The translations under genes were made by a program, and so were the position numbers. The notes under the pieces were generated by a model. That model was not told the origin of the DNA, searched no databases, and was given only the letters and a program-made list of their open reading frames with translations. A stretch of DNA of 64,000 nt from Aquabacterium sp. (GTDB lineage Bacteria; Pseudomonadota; Gammaproteobacteria; Burkholderiales; Burkholderiaceae_C). Location: NCBI RefSeq assembly GCF_017994835.1, contig NZ_JAGOKC010000001.1, one strand, 5' to 3'. Each line of letters starts with the position of its first letter. Positions within the stretch are counted from its first letter, which is position 1. Positions 1-9,934 of this stretch are shown piece by piece.

Positions 1-458
1 AAGGCCAGTCCAGCACCCGAAGTGCGTCCTGGCACCGGGGCTGCCTTGGTCGCATCTGCAGGCTCTGCAGTTGCAGGCTCATCGGTGGTGGTTGAGGTGG
101 GCGCATCGACCCCCTCTCCCCCCAGAGACACCGGCACCGGAAAAGCCATGCCCTGCCCGTTCTCGCGAGCGTAGATCGCCACCACATGATCGACCGGCAC
201 CACAATCTCCCGCACCCGCCCCCCGAAGCGCGCCTTGAACGCCACAGCATCGTTGCCCAGCACCAACTGGCTGGTGGCCTCGAAACTGACATTCAGAACA
301 ATCTCGTTGTTCTTGACGTATTCCTGCGGCACCTGTACCGAGCGATCCACATACACCGCCACATACGGCGTGAACCCGTTGTCGGTGCACCAGTCGTGCA
401 AGGCGCGGATCAGGTAGGGACGGGTCGAAGTCCCTTGTGCTTCTTGTTCAGTGGACAT
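1..458 (-). CDS. sspB: ClpXP specificity-enhancing factor SspB (stringent starvation protein B); 3' end runs off the window
   Basis: My own minus-strand translation from ATG 458 gives MSTEQEAQGTSTRPYLIRALHDWCTDNGFTPYVAVYVDRSVQVPQEYVKNNEIVLNVSFEA..., the conserved SspB N-domain. It lies directly downstream of sspA. The frame is open to the window edge, so it is absent from the ORF track. Confidence 0.85.
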   Translation of the reverse strand, partial: MSTEQEAQGTSTRPYLIRALHDWCTDNGFTPYVAVYVDRSVQVPQEYVKNNEIVLNVSFEATSQLVLGNDAVAFKARFGGRVREIVVPVDHVVAIYARENGQGMAFPVPVSLGGEGVDAPTSTTTDEPATAEPADATKAAPVPGRTSGAGLA

Positions 459-492
459 GCTCATGGAGTCGGTTGTCGATCACGCAGCACGA

Positions 493-1137
493 TCACTTGC
501 GCATCACCTTTTCAGCCGGGGTCAACGCCTCAATGTACGCCGGGCGCGAGAAGATGCGTTCAGCATACTTCAACAGCGGCAGGGCATTCTTCGACAGCTC
601 GACACCGTAGTAATCCAGGCGCCACAGCAGCGGTGCGATGGCCACGTCAAGCATCGAAAAATCGTCGCCCAACATGTACTTGTTCTTCATGAAAATGGGA
701 GCCAGCTGCGTCAGGCGATCGCGAATCTGGGCGCGTGCCTTGTCGAGTTGCTTGTCCGTTCCCTTCACACCGCCACGGCCTTCCAGCAGGTTCACGTGGG
801 CAAACAATTCCTTCTCGAAATTGAGCAGGAACAAACGCACACGGGCACGCGCGACCGGATCACCGGGCATCAACTGCGGGTGCGGGAAACGCTCGTCAAT
901 GTACTCGTTGATGATGTGCGACTCGTACAGAATCAAGTCACGTTCAACAAGGATGGGCACCTCGTTGTACGGGTTCATCAGGGCGATGTCTTCGGGTTTG
1001 GCAAAGACATCCACATCGCGGATCTCGAAATCCATGCCCTTTTCAAACAGCACAAAACGGCAACGATGCGAGTAAGGGCAGGTCGTCCCGGAATAAAGCA
1101 CCATCATGGGTGTGGATCTCCTCAATATTGAAAACAA
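493..1137 (-). CDS. sspA: Stringent starvation protein A (GST-like)
   Basis: The 214-aa ORF contains MMVLYSGTTCPYSHRCRFVLFEKGMDFE...NPYNEVPILVERDLILYESHIINEYIDERFPHPQLMP, typical of SspA. The true start may be ATG 1107 or 1104. The pet-sspA-sspB synteny supports the call. Confidence 0.92.
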   Translation of the reverse strand: MFSILRRSTPMMVLYSGTTCPYSHRCRFVLFEKGMDFEIRDVDVFAKPEDIALMNPYNEVPILVERDLILYESHIINEYIDERFPHPQLMPGDPVARARVRLFLLNFEKELFAHVNLLEGRGGVKGTDKQLDKARAQIRDRLTQLAPIFMKNKYMLGDDFSMLDVAIAPLLWRLDYYGVELSKNALPLLKYAERIFSRPAYIEALTPAEKVMRK

Positions 1138-1180
1138 CGAAGCGCAGGGCTGCCCAAAGCAGGCTCCTGCGCCACCAAGG

Positions 1181-1204
1181 CATTCACTGATCGCTCAGTG
1201 AATG
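1181..1204 (-). other. Perfect 10-bp inverted repeat (cattcactga-tcgc-tcagtgaatg) between petC and sspA
   Basis: Read directly from the sequence. It sits 9 nt after the petC stop, with no U-run following on the transcribed strand, so it is not a canonical terminator. Confidence 0.4.
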
Positions 1205-1212
1205 CTTCAGAA

Positions 1213-1974
1213 TCACTTCACGTCTTTCCAGAAGACGGCATTCAAACGCCAGGCAATGACAAAGAAAATGGCCAGGAAAATCAGCACGCCAACGCCAATG
1301 CGTTGCCGCTGCTGCTGAACCGGCTCACCCATCCACTGCATGAACGCCACCAGATCGGCGACGGCGCTATCGTACTCCTGCGCCGACATGGTTCCCTTGG
1401 TCAACTCATCGAAGCCGTCGAGTTGGTGCGTCTTGACACCATGCGAATCGGTCACCTCGACAAACTTTGCCGAGCGCTGACCCTGCAATTCCCACAGCGC
1501 GTGAGGCATGCCGACATTGGGGAACACGATGTTGTTCCAACCGGTCGGACGCGTGTCGTCACGGTAGAAACCACGCAGGTAGGTGTAAAGATAGTCGGCA
1601 CCCGAGCCTGAGCCGCTGGCACGCGAACGGGCCACCAGGGTCAGGTCGGGCGGAACCGCACCGAACCACTCCTTGGCATCCTTCGGATCCAGGGAGACTT
1701 TCATCACCTCGCCAACCTTGTCGGTCGGGAACAGCAAGTTGTCCTTGATCTGCTGCTCGGTCAGGCCGATGTCCTTCAGGCGATTGAAACGCATGAAGGC
1801 TGCGGCATGGCAGTTCAGGCAGTAATTGACGAACAGCTTGGCACCGTTTTGCAGCGCCGCAAGGTCAGAGACGCGCTCCTTGGGGAACTTGTCAAGCGCC
1901 AGGGCACCACCGGCGGCCTGTGCGCCCGTGACCAGGGCAAAGGCGGCCAGAAGGGAAGCAAGAATCTTTTTCAT
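1213..1974 (-). CDS. petC: Cytochrome c1 subunit of ubiquinol-cytochrome c reductase
   Basis: It has a signal peptide (MKKILASLLAAFALVTGAQA), a CxxCH heme motif (YCLNCHAA) and a C-terminal TM anchor. It follows petB. Confidence 0.93.
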   Translation of the reverse strand: MKKILASLLAAFALVTGAQAAGGALALDKFPKERVSDLAALQNGAKLFVNYCLNCHAAAFMRFNRLKDIGLTEQQIKDNLLFPTDKVGEVMKVSLDPKDAKEWFGAVPPDLTLVARSRASGSGSGADYLYTYLRGFYRDDTRPTGWNNIVFPNVGMPHALWELQGQRSAKFVEVTDSHGVKTHQLDGFDELTKGTMSAQEYDSAVADLVAFMQWMGEPVQQQRQRIGVGVLIFLAIFFVIAWRLNAVFWKDVK

Positions 1975-1994
1975 GTCGGTATGTCCTGCAACGA

Positions 1995-3389
1995 TCAGTG
2001 GGGCTTGAAGGTCACGCGCTCAGGCACCTTCTTGAAGGTACCCAGCTGACTCCACCAAGGCATCAGCACGAAAAAGCCGAAGTACAGCAGTGTGCCAACT
2101 TGCGAGACCACTTCGCCCACAGGCGACGGTGCCTGCACGCCCAGATAACCCAGAATGACGAAGTTGATCACGAACACCGCATAGACCAGCTTGTGCCAGC
2201 CCGGACGGTAGCGAATGGACTTCACCGGGCTCTTGTCGAACCAGGGCAGACCCGCCAGGATCACCACGGCACCACCCATCACGACCACGCCCCAGAACTT
2301 GGCTTCCAGAACCTTCAGCAAGGCAATGACGACGGCCGCCACCACCAGGCCTGCCACCTTGGACTTGCCCTGCCCCTTGATCAGGTTCAGGACCGCACCC
2401 AGTGCAACGATGACAGCGAGCACGTTGACCATGAGGTCAGTGGTGGCACGCAACATCGAATAGAACGGGGTGAAATACCAGACGGGTGCAATGTGCGTGG
2501 GGGTCTGATACGGGTCGGCCGGGATGAAGTTGTTGTACTCCAGGAAGTAGCCGCCCAATTCAGGGGCAAAGAAGATCACGGACGAGAACAGGATCAGGAA
2601 ACCGACCACACCCAGAATGTCGTGAACCGAGTAATAAGGATGGAAGGGAATGCCGTCCAGAGGGATGCCGTTGGCGTCCTTCTTTTCCTTGATTTCGATG
2701 CCGTCGGGGTTGTTCGAACCCACTTCGTGCAGCGCGATGATGTGCGCCACCACCAGGCCCAGCAGGACCAGCGGCACCGCAATCACGTGCAGCGAGAAGA
2801 AGCGGTTCAGCGTTGCGTCGCCCACCACAAAGTCGCCACGGATCAGGATGGCCAGGTCCGGTCCCACGAAAGGCACGGCGGCAAACAGGTTGATGATCAC
2901 CTGCGCACCCCAGTACGACATCTGGCCCCACGGCAGCAGGTAGCCCATGAAGGCCTCGGCCATCAGCGCCAGGAAGATCAGACAACCGAAGATCCAGACC
3001 AGTTCACGCGGCGTGCGGTAAGAACCGTAAATCAAACCACGGTACATGTGCAGATACACCACGACGAAGAACGCCGAGGCACCTGTGGAGTGCATGTAGC
3101 GAATCAGCCAGCCCCAAGAGACATCACGCATGATGTACTCGACCGAGGCGAACGCCTGGCTGGCGTCAGGCTTGTAGTTCATGACCAAGAAAATACCGGT
3201 CACGATCTGGATCACCAGCACCAGCATCGCGAGCGAACCGAAGAAATACCAGAAGTTGAAGTTCTTCGGCGCGTAGTACTCGGACATGTGCTCCTTGTAC
3301 ATCTTGGTCGCCGGGAATCGGTTATCGACCCAGGTCATCAACTTCTCGCCTGCCGACGCTCCGGCCGGCGCTTGCTTGAATTCAGCCAT
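1995..3389 (-). CDS. petB: Cytochrome b subunit of the bc1 complex
   Basis: The 464-aa polytopic protein reads ...NFNFWYFFGSLAMLVLVIQIVTGIFLVM...WLIRYMHSTGASAFF...PEWYF-like VWYFTPFYSMLR. Confidence 0.96.
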   Translation of the reverse strand: MAEFKQAPAGASAGEKLMTWVDNRFPATKMYKEHMSEYYAPKNFNFWYFFGSLAMLVLVIQIVTGIFLVMNYKPDASQAFASVEYIMRDVSWGWLIRYMHSTGASAFFVVVYLHMYRGLIYGSYRTPRELVWIFGCLIFLALMAEAFMGYLLPWGQMSYWGAQVIINLFAAVPFVGPDLAILIRGDFVVGDATLNRFFSLHVIAVPLVLLGLVVAHIIALHEVGSNNPDGIEIKEKKDANGIPLDGIPFHPYYSVHDILGVVGFLILFSSVIFFAPELGGYFLEYNNFIPADPYQTPTHIAPVWYFTPFYSMLRATTDLMVNVLAVIVALGAVLNLIKGQGKSKVAGLVVAAVVIALLKVLEAKFWGVVVMGGAVVILAGLPWFDKSPVKSIRYRPGWHKLVYAVFVINFVILGYLGVQAPSPVGEVVSQVGTLLYFGFFVLMPWWSQLGTFKKVPERVTFKPH

Positions 3390-3403
3390 TGTGGATCTCC
3401 GGG

Positions 3404-4000
3404 TCAGGCCTTCTTGTCTTCACCAATGAGGAGTTTGGTGTCAGACAGATACATGTGGGGAGGCACCTCGAGGTTGGTCGGGGCGGGTTTGTTCTTGAAC
3501 GCACGACCAGCGAGGTCAAAAGTGGAGCCGTGGCAAGGGCACAGGAAGCCGCCCTGCCAGTCATCTGGCAGAGAGGGCTGCGGTCCTGACTGAAACTTGG
3601 CAGTGGGCGAGCAACCCAGGTGGGTACAAATGCCCACCGTCACAAGGAATTCAGCCTTGATGGAGCGGTGCGGGTTACGGGCGTACTCCGGGCACTCTTC
3701 AGGCTTGAGTTCGGATTTGGGATCGGCCAGTTGTTCATCAAGCTTGGGCAACGCAGCCAGTTGCTCGGGCGTGCGACGCATGATCCAGACCGGCTTGCCG
3801 CGCCACTCGACCGTCATCACTTCACCCGGCTTGAGTGCACTGATGTCAGCTTCGACAGCGGCACCTGCCGCACGCGCGCGCTCGGAGGGCTGGAACGATG
3901 AAACGAAGGGGATGGCGGCGGCCACGCCACCCACGCCACCGGCGGCGCAGGCGATGGTCACCCAGGTCCGACGGCTTTGATCCACTGGCTGATTGCTCAT
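3404..4000 (-). CDS. petA: Rieske [2Fe-2S] subunit of ubiquinol-cytochrome c reductase
   Basis: A Tat-type N-terminus (MSNQPVDQSRRTWV) and Rieske boxes (CTHLGC and CPCHGS) are present. I chose the internal ATG 4000 over ORF start 4048. Confidence 0.93.
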   Translation of the reverse strand: MSNQPVDQSRRTWVTIACAAGGVGGVAAAIPFVSSFQPSERARAAGAAVEADISALKPGEVMTVEWRGKPVWIMRRTPEQLAALPKLDEQLADPKSELKPEECPEYARNPHRSIKAEFLVTVGICTHLGCSPTAKFQSGPQPSLPDDWQGGFLCPCHGSTFDLAGRAFKNKPAPTNLEVPPHMYLSDTKLLIGEDKKA

Positions 4001-4256
4001 GGGTATCCTCAGGGACTGATAGAACGAAGATATATGTATGGTGCTCAATGGTGCATTCTAACGGAGGGCCGGGGTTGATCCCGGCAGATTCCCGTTGGTT
4101 TGGCTGGGCGTTTGCGTGACGATCCTGCTACATTTTTGCCACACCCCTGGGCGACACTGCTGCGGTGGTGTCCACTGTGAGCCTGGATGCCCGGCGGATG
4201 ACACCGCATCACACTGCACCCACCCGACCAAGTTCAATCTGTTTCAGGAGCAAAAA

Positions 4257-4676
4257 ATGGGTTTCTTCAGCGAGTTCAAGGAATTTGCGGTCAAGGGCAA
4301 CGTGATGGACCTCGCCGTCGGCGTCATCATCGGCGGAGCCTTTGGCAAGATCGTGGACTCCACGGTCAATGACCTCATCATGCCGCTCATTGGCAAGGCG
4401 GTGGGTGGACTGGATTTCAGCAACTACTACATTGCCCTGGCAGGCCAGGATCCCACTCTGCCCTTGGTCGAAGCCAAGAAAATAGGTGCCGTGTTCGCCT
4501 ATGGCAACTTCGCCACCGTGGCACTGAATTTTCTGATCCTGGCGTTCATCATTTTCCTGATGATCAAGCAGATCAACCGCCTCAAGAACGAAGCCCCTGC
4601 CGCACCACCTGCTCCTGCTGTGACGCCCGAGGACATCGTTTTACTTCGTGAAATTCGTGACAGTTTGAAAAAATGA
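4257..4676 (+). CDS. mscL: Large-conductance mechanosensitive channel
   Basis: [46 protein letters not shown] is canonical MscL. The ORF-track N-extension (4095-4256) is Cys/His-rich and non-homologous. Confidence 0.93.
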   Translation: MGFFSEFKEFAVKGNVMDLAVGVIIGGAFGKIVDSTVNDLIMPLIGKAVGGLDFSNYYIALAGQDPTLPLVEAKKIGAVFAYGNFATVALNFLILAFIIFLMIKQINRLKNEAPAAPPAPAVTPEDIVLLREIRDSLKK

Positions 4677-4791
4677 GCGACTCATGCAGATCTGCACGGT
4701 CGTGGCGCATTTCAATCTGTGCACTGCACCGTTTTTCGGGACAGAATCAAGCGCCTGATCCCAGGTAAACGACCGTTCGCCTGACTTTTGA

Positions 4792-7200
4792 TTGGATTGT
4801 TTTGTGATCGACCCACGACTTGATGCCGTGCTGCAGCCCGCTCTCGGACGCATTCGAGGGGTTGTGTCGGGCGTACTGGATCAAACGATCCTGCAAATCA
4901 GCGCCCAGACCGCATCCAGCGTCAGCAATCTTCAGCGTCAAGTCCTGCTGACGGCTGACCGCGAGCTGCGACTCAAGAGCCCTCGCTTCAAGCAGTGTTT
5001 CGAGCGCGAACTCAACGCGCTGGTGGAAACGTCCCTGCAAAGCAGCGACGACACCCGTCCCAGTAGCCTGGCCAACACGGACTGGGCTTCCTTGTCTTTG
5101 GTGGACAACTCCCAGGTCGAGCGCGACGTGCAGGCCGACCGCCTGGCTTTGAGTGTGATGCCAGTCTGCGAGCGTCACCTTGAGACGGTTGGCAACTACA
5201 TTGCCGGTCTGCTTGAAGATGCCAATCCGGAACGCAACCCGCTGCGCCCCAGGATGGTGGCCAAAGCCCTGCTTGACAGCCTGATCCAGGTTGGCGTTCC
5301 CGAGGATGCCACTCAGGCCATCGGCAACCTCTTGCCAGCCTTGTTGGGCCCGGCGCTGGCTGGGTGTTACGAGCAAATTGCCATCGACATGCGGGGGCAT
5401 GGCCTGCAACCTTATGGCATGGCGGTACAGAAGTCCCGCAACTCCAGTGCTGTGCCCCTGGGTTCGGACAACCGGCGCACCGAGCCAGCTCCGTTGGCCT
5501 CCGACCCGGTCACCACGCGCCCAAGCGCTCTGCATGCCAGGGCTGCCCAGGCTCTCGGAGAGATGTTCGGCGTGACCATGCCCGCCCTGCCCAGCACGCC
5601 TGGCGAGGGTGGCGGTGTCAGCTCTGGCGCACCGATGAGCATGGACTTCCAGAACCTGCTGCGACAAATCAGCCAGCAAGCCGGCGAGATCGGTCATGAA
5701 GCCATGCTGGCAGCGGGGCTCAGCCCGGACGAAGCCGGTGTGCGGATGCCAGGCTTTGCCGGCCCGCTGATGGCCGTCAACCAGATTCGCGCCAACCGCG
5801 ACGAACTGGTACGCGCCAGCGGAGGAGCCGCGCTCGACAAAATCGTCATCGACATCGTGGCGGCCCTGTTCGACCAGGTTCTGTCCGACCCCAAGGTTGC
5901 GCCCGAGATGGCGCGCCAGATCGCCCGCATGCAGATGCCCGTGCTGCGCGTGGCGCTGGGCGACATGAATTTCTTCAATTCACGCAAGCACCCTGTGCGG
6001 CGCTTCGTGAACCGCATCGCTTCGCTGTCAGCAGCGTTCGACGACTACAGCCAGGGGCCGGGCGCAGAGTGTCTGTCGCGCATCACCCACCTGGTCAATG
6101 ACATCGTTGACGCTGACTTCGACCGCATGGATGTGTACGAATCCAAGCTGCGCGAGCTCGAAGCCTTCATCGAAGCCGAAGCGGCCCAGGACGCCACCGA
6201 CAGCGCCGAAGTGGCCGCCCTGCTCACCGCCAAGGAAGCCGACCTGCGGGTGCAGCAGCGCTACATGCAGATCATGCAGCGCGAACTGCTTGATGTGGAT
6301 TTGCCAGACTTCCTGCGCGACTTCCTGTCGCAGGTCTGGAGTCGCGTTCAGGTGGCTGCTGCGCACCGCGACGGGGTCGATTCCATGCTGGCGCAGCGCA
6401 TGAAGGCTGCCGGTCGTGAACTGGCCATGAGCGTTCAGCCCAAAGGTCATCCCAAGCTACGCCAGGCTTTCTTGCTCAAGCTGCCGTCCTTGATGAAGGA
6501 CGTCAACGAAGGTCTGGGCCTGATCCATCTTCCTGAATCAGCCAAGCAGGCTTTTTTTGCTGAACTGCTGCCTGCCCACGCAGCGTGCCTGAAGACCGCC
6601 CCCACCCATGATCTGACGCAACGGTTGCTGGAGCAGCGACTCAGGCAGGTCGAGAGCATTGCCATTCCCACGCAGGAAGAAACTGCTGGTGATTCGATGC
6701 CTTCACCGCTTGACAGCCTGCAGTCCAACAGCAGCCTGATGAGCACGTCGGCCTTCACCGCCGAAGAGATCCGGCAATCGGGCTTCATCCCGGAGGCTGC
6801 GCTGGACGGTGGCAGTCTGGACATTGACCTCAACCTCGCCGGGCCTCAGTCTGAAGCCGACCCGACGCTGGGTGAGCTCGACATCAACCTGGACACCCCT
6901 CCGCCACCTGCTGCGGGTCTGCAACTGGTGCACCACATCCAGAAGGGCACGCCCTACCACATGGTCATGCAGGGCAAGTGGCAGAAGGTGCGCCTGACCT
7001 GGATCAGCGAAGGGCGCAGTTTCTTCATTTTCACGACGGGTCATCTGCACAAGCAGACCATTTCCCTGACGGGTCGCACATTGGCGCGAATGTGCGAAAG
7101 CGGGCGTTTCAAGGCGTTCGAGCAAGCTGAATTGATCGAGCGCGCGACCGTGCGTGCTCGCAAGCAACTGGCTGCCCTGAGTTCCGGCGCGCCACACTGA
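4792..7200 (+). CDS. DUF1631 family protein (large, uncharacterised)
   Basis: This 802-aa ORF starts at TTG. The segment PVLRVALGDMNFFNSRKHPVRRFVNRIA and overall layout match my recollection of DUF1631. The start codon is uncertain. Confidence 0.7.
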   Translation: MDCFVIDPRLDAVLQPALGRIRGVVSGVLDQTILQISAQTASSVSNLQRQVLLTADRELRLKSPRFKQCFERELNALVETSLQSSDDTRPSSLANTDWASLSLVDNSQVERDVQADRLALSVMPVCERHLETVGNYIAGLLEDANPERNPLRPRMVAKALLDSLIQVGVPEDATQAIGNLLPALLGPALAGCYEQIAIDMRGHGLQPYGMAVQKSRNSSAVPLGSDNRRTEPAPLASDPVTTRPSALHARAAQALGEMFGVTMPALPSTPGEGGGVSSGAPMSMDFQNLLRQISQQAGEIGHEAMLAAGLSPDEAGVRMPGFAGPLMAVNQIRANRDELVRASGGAALDKIVIDIVAALFDQVLSDPKVAPEMARQIARMQMPVLRVALGDMNFFNSRKHPVRRFVNRIASLSAAFDDYSQGPGAECLSRITHLVNDIVDADFDRMDVYESKLRELEAFIEAEAAQDATDSAEVAALLTAKEADLRVQQRYMQIMQRELLDVDLPDFLRDFLSQVWSRVQVAAAHRDGVDSMLAQRMKAAGRELAMSVQPKGHPKLRQAFLLKLPSLMKDVNEGLGLIHLPESAKQAFFAELLPAHAACLKTAPTHDLTQRLLEQRLRQVESIAIPTQEETAGDSMPSPLDSLQSNSSLMSTSAFTAEEIRQSGFIPEAALDGGSLDIDLNLAGPQSEADPTLGELDINLDTPPPPAAGLQLVHHIQKGTPYHMVMQGKWQKVRLTWISEGRSFFIFTTGHLHKQTISLTGRTLARMCESGRFKAFEQAELIERATVRARKQLAALSSGAPH

Positions 7201-7224
7201 CTGGTCTCGCCAGCAGGCACGCCT

Positions 7225-8274
7225 TCAGCGGTGACGTCCGGCTACCAGCGCGCGTGCCATCCGTGCCGCTGCCGCCAAGCTGGCCGGATCAGCCCGCCCG
7301 GTACCGGCCAGGTCGAATGCGGTTCCATGATCCGGACTGGTGCGCACAAACGGCAACCCCAAGGTCACGTTGACGCCTTGGTCCAAACCCAGGTACTTGA
7401 CAGGGATCAGCCCCTGGTCGTGGTACATCGCCACCACCACATCGAACTCGCCAGGGTGCTCGGGTGGTGCGTGGCGTGCGCGCATGAACACCGTGTCGGG
7501 GGCGATGGGGCCAATGGCGTTGATGCCCTCAGATCGTGCTGCCGCAATGGCCGGACCGATGATGCGCAGCTCTTCGTCACCGAACAAGCCGCCCTCTCCG
7601 GCATGCGGATTGAGTCCGGCCACCGCAATGCGTGGCTGGCTTTGCCCCCACAAGGCGGCGCTGCGGTGAGTGATGCGCAAGGTTTCGAGCACGCTGTCAA
7701 ACGTCACCTGCTCGATGGCTTGCCGCAGCGATACATGAATGGTGACCAGCACCGTCTTGAGCTGATCATTGGCCAGCATCATGCGCACAGGCGCAGGCGG
7801 TTGCCCAGGTGGACTGCCTTCGGCTTGCAGCAACTCGGTGTGGCCTGGGTAAGGCTCACCGGCCAGCGCCAGCGCCTCTTTGTGCAGCGGCGCGGTCACG
7901 ATGCCCGCCACCTCACTGGTCTGCGCCAAACGCACCGCTTCGCGGATGCAAGCCGCTGCGGCCCTGCCAGCGCGTTCGTCCACCCGCCCCAAAGGGGCGT
8001 CCAGCAGATCGTCGGGCAGGCCTGGCGGCACCCAGACACCCATGTCATCGGTCGCCAATGCCGAGAGATCATTCAACGTGGCGAGCACACGCACCTGGGG
8101 TCGGCGCTCGGCTGGCATCCACGCGACCGCACGCGCCATCACCCTGGGGCAACCAATCACCACAGCCTCGCGCCCACCCGGCCACCACTGGGCAATGATC
8201 TCCGGGCCAATGCCACAGGCATCCCCCATGGTGACGGCCAGAAGATCTGAACAAGCATGGGGCGTGCTGGTCAC
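7225..8274 (-). CDS. pdxA: PdxA-family 4-hydroxythreonine-4-phosphate dehydrogenase
   Basis: Motifs seen: [54 protein letters not shown] chose the GTG start at 8274, preceded by an AAGGA Shine-Dalgarno. The ORF track extends to 8334. Confidence 0.85.
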   Translation of the reverse strand: MTSTPHACSDLLAVTMGDACGIGPEIIAQWWPGGREAVVIGCPRVMARAVAWMPAERRPQVRVLATLNDLSALATDDMGVWVPPGLPDDLLDAPLGRVDERAGRAAAACIREAVRLAQTSEVAGIVTAPLHKEALALAGEPYPGHTELLQAEGSPPGQPPAPVRMMLANDQLKTVLVTIHVSLRQAIEQVTFDSVLETLRITHRSAALWGQSQPRIAVAGLNPHAGEGGLFGDEELRIIGPAIAAARSEGINAIGPIAPDTVFMRARHAPPEHPGEFDVVVAMYHDQGLIPVKYLGLDQGVNVTLGLPFVRTSPDHGTAFDLAGTGRADPASLAAAARMARALVAGRHR

Positions 8275-8369
8275 GGAAAATTTCCTTCGTGCAGTCTTGT
8301 CATGAACATATTGTGACCCCAGCTCTGCCAACAAGGCTGGGCTGGCTTGCCGATTGCTACACTCTCGGC

Positions 8370-8759
8370 ATGAGTTGGCTCGATGAAATTCGCTGGGATG
8401 ACAACGGTCTGGTACCGGTCATTGCCCAGGAGGACAGCACCGGTGATGTGCTGATGTTTGCCTGGATGAACCGGGAGGCACTGGCGTTGACGGCCGAAAA
8501 GGGCGAAGCGGTGTACTGGAGTCGCTCACGCAAGCGCCTCTGGCACAAGGGCGAGGAATCGGGTCACATCCAGAAAGTGCACGCCATTCGACTTGATTGT
8601 GACAACGATGTGGTGCTGTTGCGTGTGACGCAACTCGGTCACGAACCTGGCATCGCCTGTCACACGGGCCGTCACAGTTGTTTCTTTCAAAAATATGAGA
8701 ATGGCGCGTGGGTTGCTGCCGACCCGGTTCTCAAAGACCCTGAACACATCTACAAATGA
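8370..8759 (+). CDS. hisI: Phosphoribosyl-AMP cyclohydrolase
   Basis: [38 protein letters not shown]...[17 protein letters not shown]...DCDNDVVLL...[10 protein letters not shown]. Confidence 0.94.
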   Translation: MSWLDEIRWDDNGLVPVIAQEDSTGDVLMFAWMNREALALTAEKGEAVYWSRSRKRLWHKGEESGHIQKVHAIRLDCDNDVVLLRVTQLGHEPGIACHTGRHSCFFQKYENGAWVAADPVLKDPEHIYK

Positions 8760-9136
8760 GCGATTCCCTGGACACCCTGGACGTGTTAAGCCGCTTGGCC
8801 AGCGTCATCGAGTCACGCAAAGGCGGTGACCCCGACGCAAGCTATGTGGCCCGACTGTTCCACAAGGGCACGGACACCGTCCTCAAGAAGGTGGGCGAAG
8901 AAGCCACCGAAACGGTGATGGCCGGCAAGGACATGGCAGCCAACCCCACCGAGGCCCATCGCAAGGCCCTGGTGGGAGAGTTTGCCGATTTGTGGTTTCA
9001 TTCGATGGTGGCCATGGCCCACCTGGGTGTGAGCCCACGCGATGTGGTGGGAGAACTGGCACGCCGTGAGGGTTTGTCAGGTCTGGAAGAATTTGCAGCA
9101 CGCGGCAAACCAGTCACAGGTCCACAAGGGACCTGA
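8756..9136 (+). CDS. hisE: Phosphoribosyl-ATP pyrophosphatase
   Basis: A 4-nt overlap with hisI. Sequence [23 protein letters not shown]...[11 protein letters not shown] is typical of HisE. Confidence 0.92.
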   Translation: MSDSLDTLDVLSRLASVIESRKGGDPDASYVARLFHKGTDTVLKKVGEEATETVMAGKDMAANPTEAHRKALVGEFADLWFHSMVAMAHLGVSPRDVVGELARREGLSGLEEFAARGKPVTGPQGT

Positions 9137-9149
9137 ATCACGTTTCAAC

Positions 9150-9168
9150 AAGGGACATCCCTTTTTTT
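9150..9168 (+). terminator. Weak stem-loop plus T-run between hisE and tatA (possible attenuating terminator)
   Basis: The sequence is aaggg-acat-ccctt followed by six to seven T. It lies 14 nt after the hisE stop and 12 nt before the tatA ATG. Confidence 0.35.
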
Positions 9169-9180
9169 CTGGAGTTCATC

Positions 9181-9411
9181 ATGGGTTCTTTCAGCATCTG
9201 GCACTGGTTGATCGTGCTGGCCATCGTCGTCCTGGTGTTCGGCACCAAGAAGCTCAAGAACATTGGCGGCGACCTCGGTTCGGCCGTAAAGGGTTTCAAA
9301 GACGGCATGCGTGACGGCACGACCAGCGAGCCGGTCGATCCTCAGAAGGTGACCAACACCGCACGCACCGACGCCAACACCGTCGATGTTGAAACCAAGA
9401 CCAAGTCCTGA
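9181..9411 (+). CDS. tatA: Twin-arginine translocase subunit TatA
   Basis: [43 protein letters not shown]. Confidence 0.95.
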   Translation: MGSFSIWHWLIVLAIVVLVFGTKKLKNIGGDLGSAVKGFKDGMRDGTTSEPVDPQKVTNTARTDANTVDVETKTKS

Positions 9412-9449
9412 TGGGTTCGTCCCGCCGGTTGCCGGGAGTGGCCTGATTC

Positions 9450-9926
9450 ATGATTGATTTCGGTATCGACAAGCTGGCCCTGATCGGGGCGGTGGCCCTG
9501 ATCGTCATTGGCCCCGAGAAACTGCCGCGCGTGGCCCGCACGGTGGGCTTGCTGCTGGGCAAGGCGCAGCGCTATCTCTCTGAGGTCAAGAGCGAGGTCA
9601 ATCGCTCGATTGAACTGGAAGAGCTGAAAAAGGCCAAGGAAGGCCTGGAAGATGCCGCACGCGACATCGGCCAGAGCGTGTCGGCAGGTTTGCACGAGGC
9701 GGGTGACGCCCTGAGCGAACAGGACGAGGCCACTGCCACTGGCTTCTACGACGATCAGCCCTTCTATGGCGGCGCTCGCCAGGTTCGCAAGAACTGGCGT
9801 CTCAAGCGCGGTGCCATGCCGCTTTGGTACAAGCAGCAGCACGGCATTCGTCGTCACGTGCAGTCCGGTGCTGCACGCGTCGCTCGTTTTCGTCCTTCGG
9901 TGGCCACCCGGCCACGTCAACCTTGA
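9450..9926 (+). CDS. tatB: Twin-arginine translocase subunit TatB
   Basis: [42 protein letters not shown]. Confidence 0.93.
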   Translation: MIDFGIDKLALIGAVALIVIGPEKLPRVARTVGLLLGKAQRYLSEVKSEVNRSIELEELKKAKEGLEDAARDIGQSVSAGLHEAGDALSEQDEATATGFYDDQPFYGGARQVRKNWRLKRGAMPLWYKQQHGIRRHVQSGAARVARFRPSVATRPRQP

Positions 9927-9934
9927 CACCCCAC

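Noticed and set aside
79-390. 103-aa minus-strand ORF
   Set aside because: It lies in a different frame inside the sspB coding region. It is Gly/Arg/Cys-rich shadow sequence.
1998-3593. 531-aa plus-strand ORF
   Set aside because: It is antisense to the unmistakable cytochrome b gene. Its composition is dominated by R/H/Q/D/G, typical of a high-GC shadow frame, and it has no recognisable motifs.
4095-4256. 54-aa Cys/His-rich extension upstream of mscL
   Set aside because: MscL homologs begin at [10 protein letters not shown], and the extension has no homolog-like features. It is probably promoter or leader DNA.
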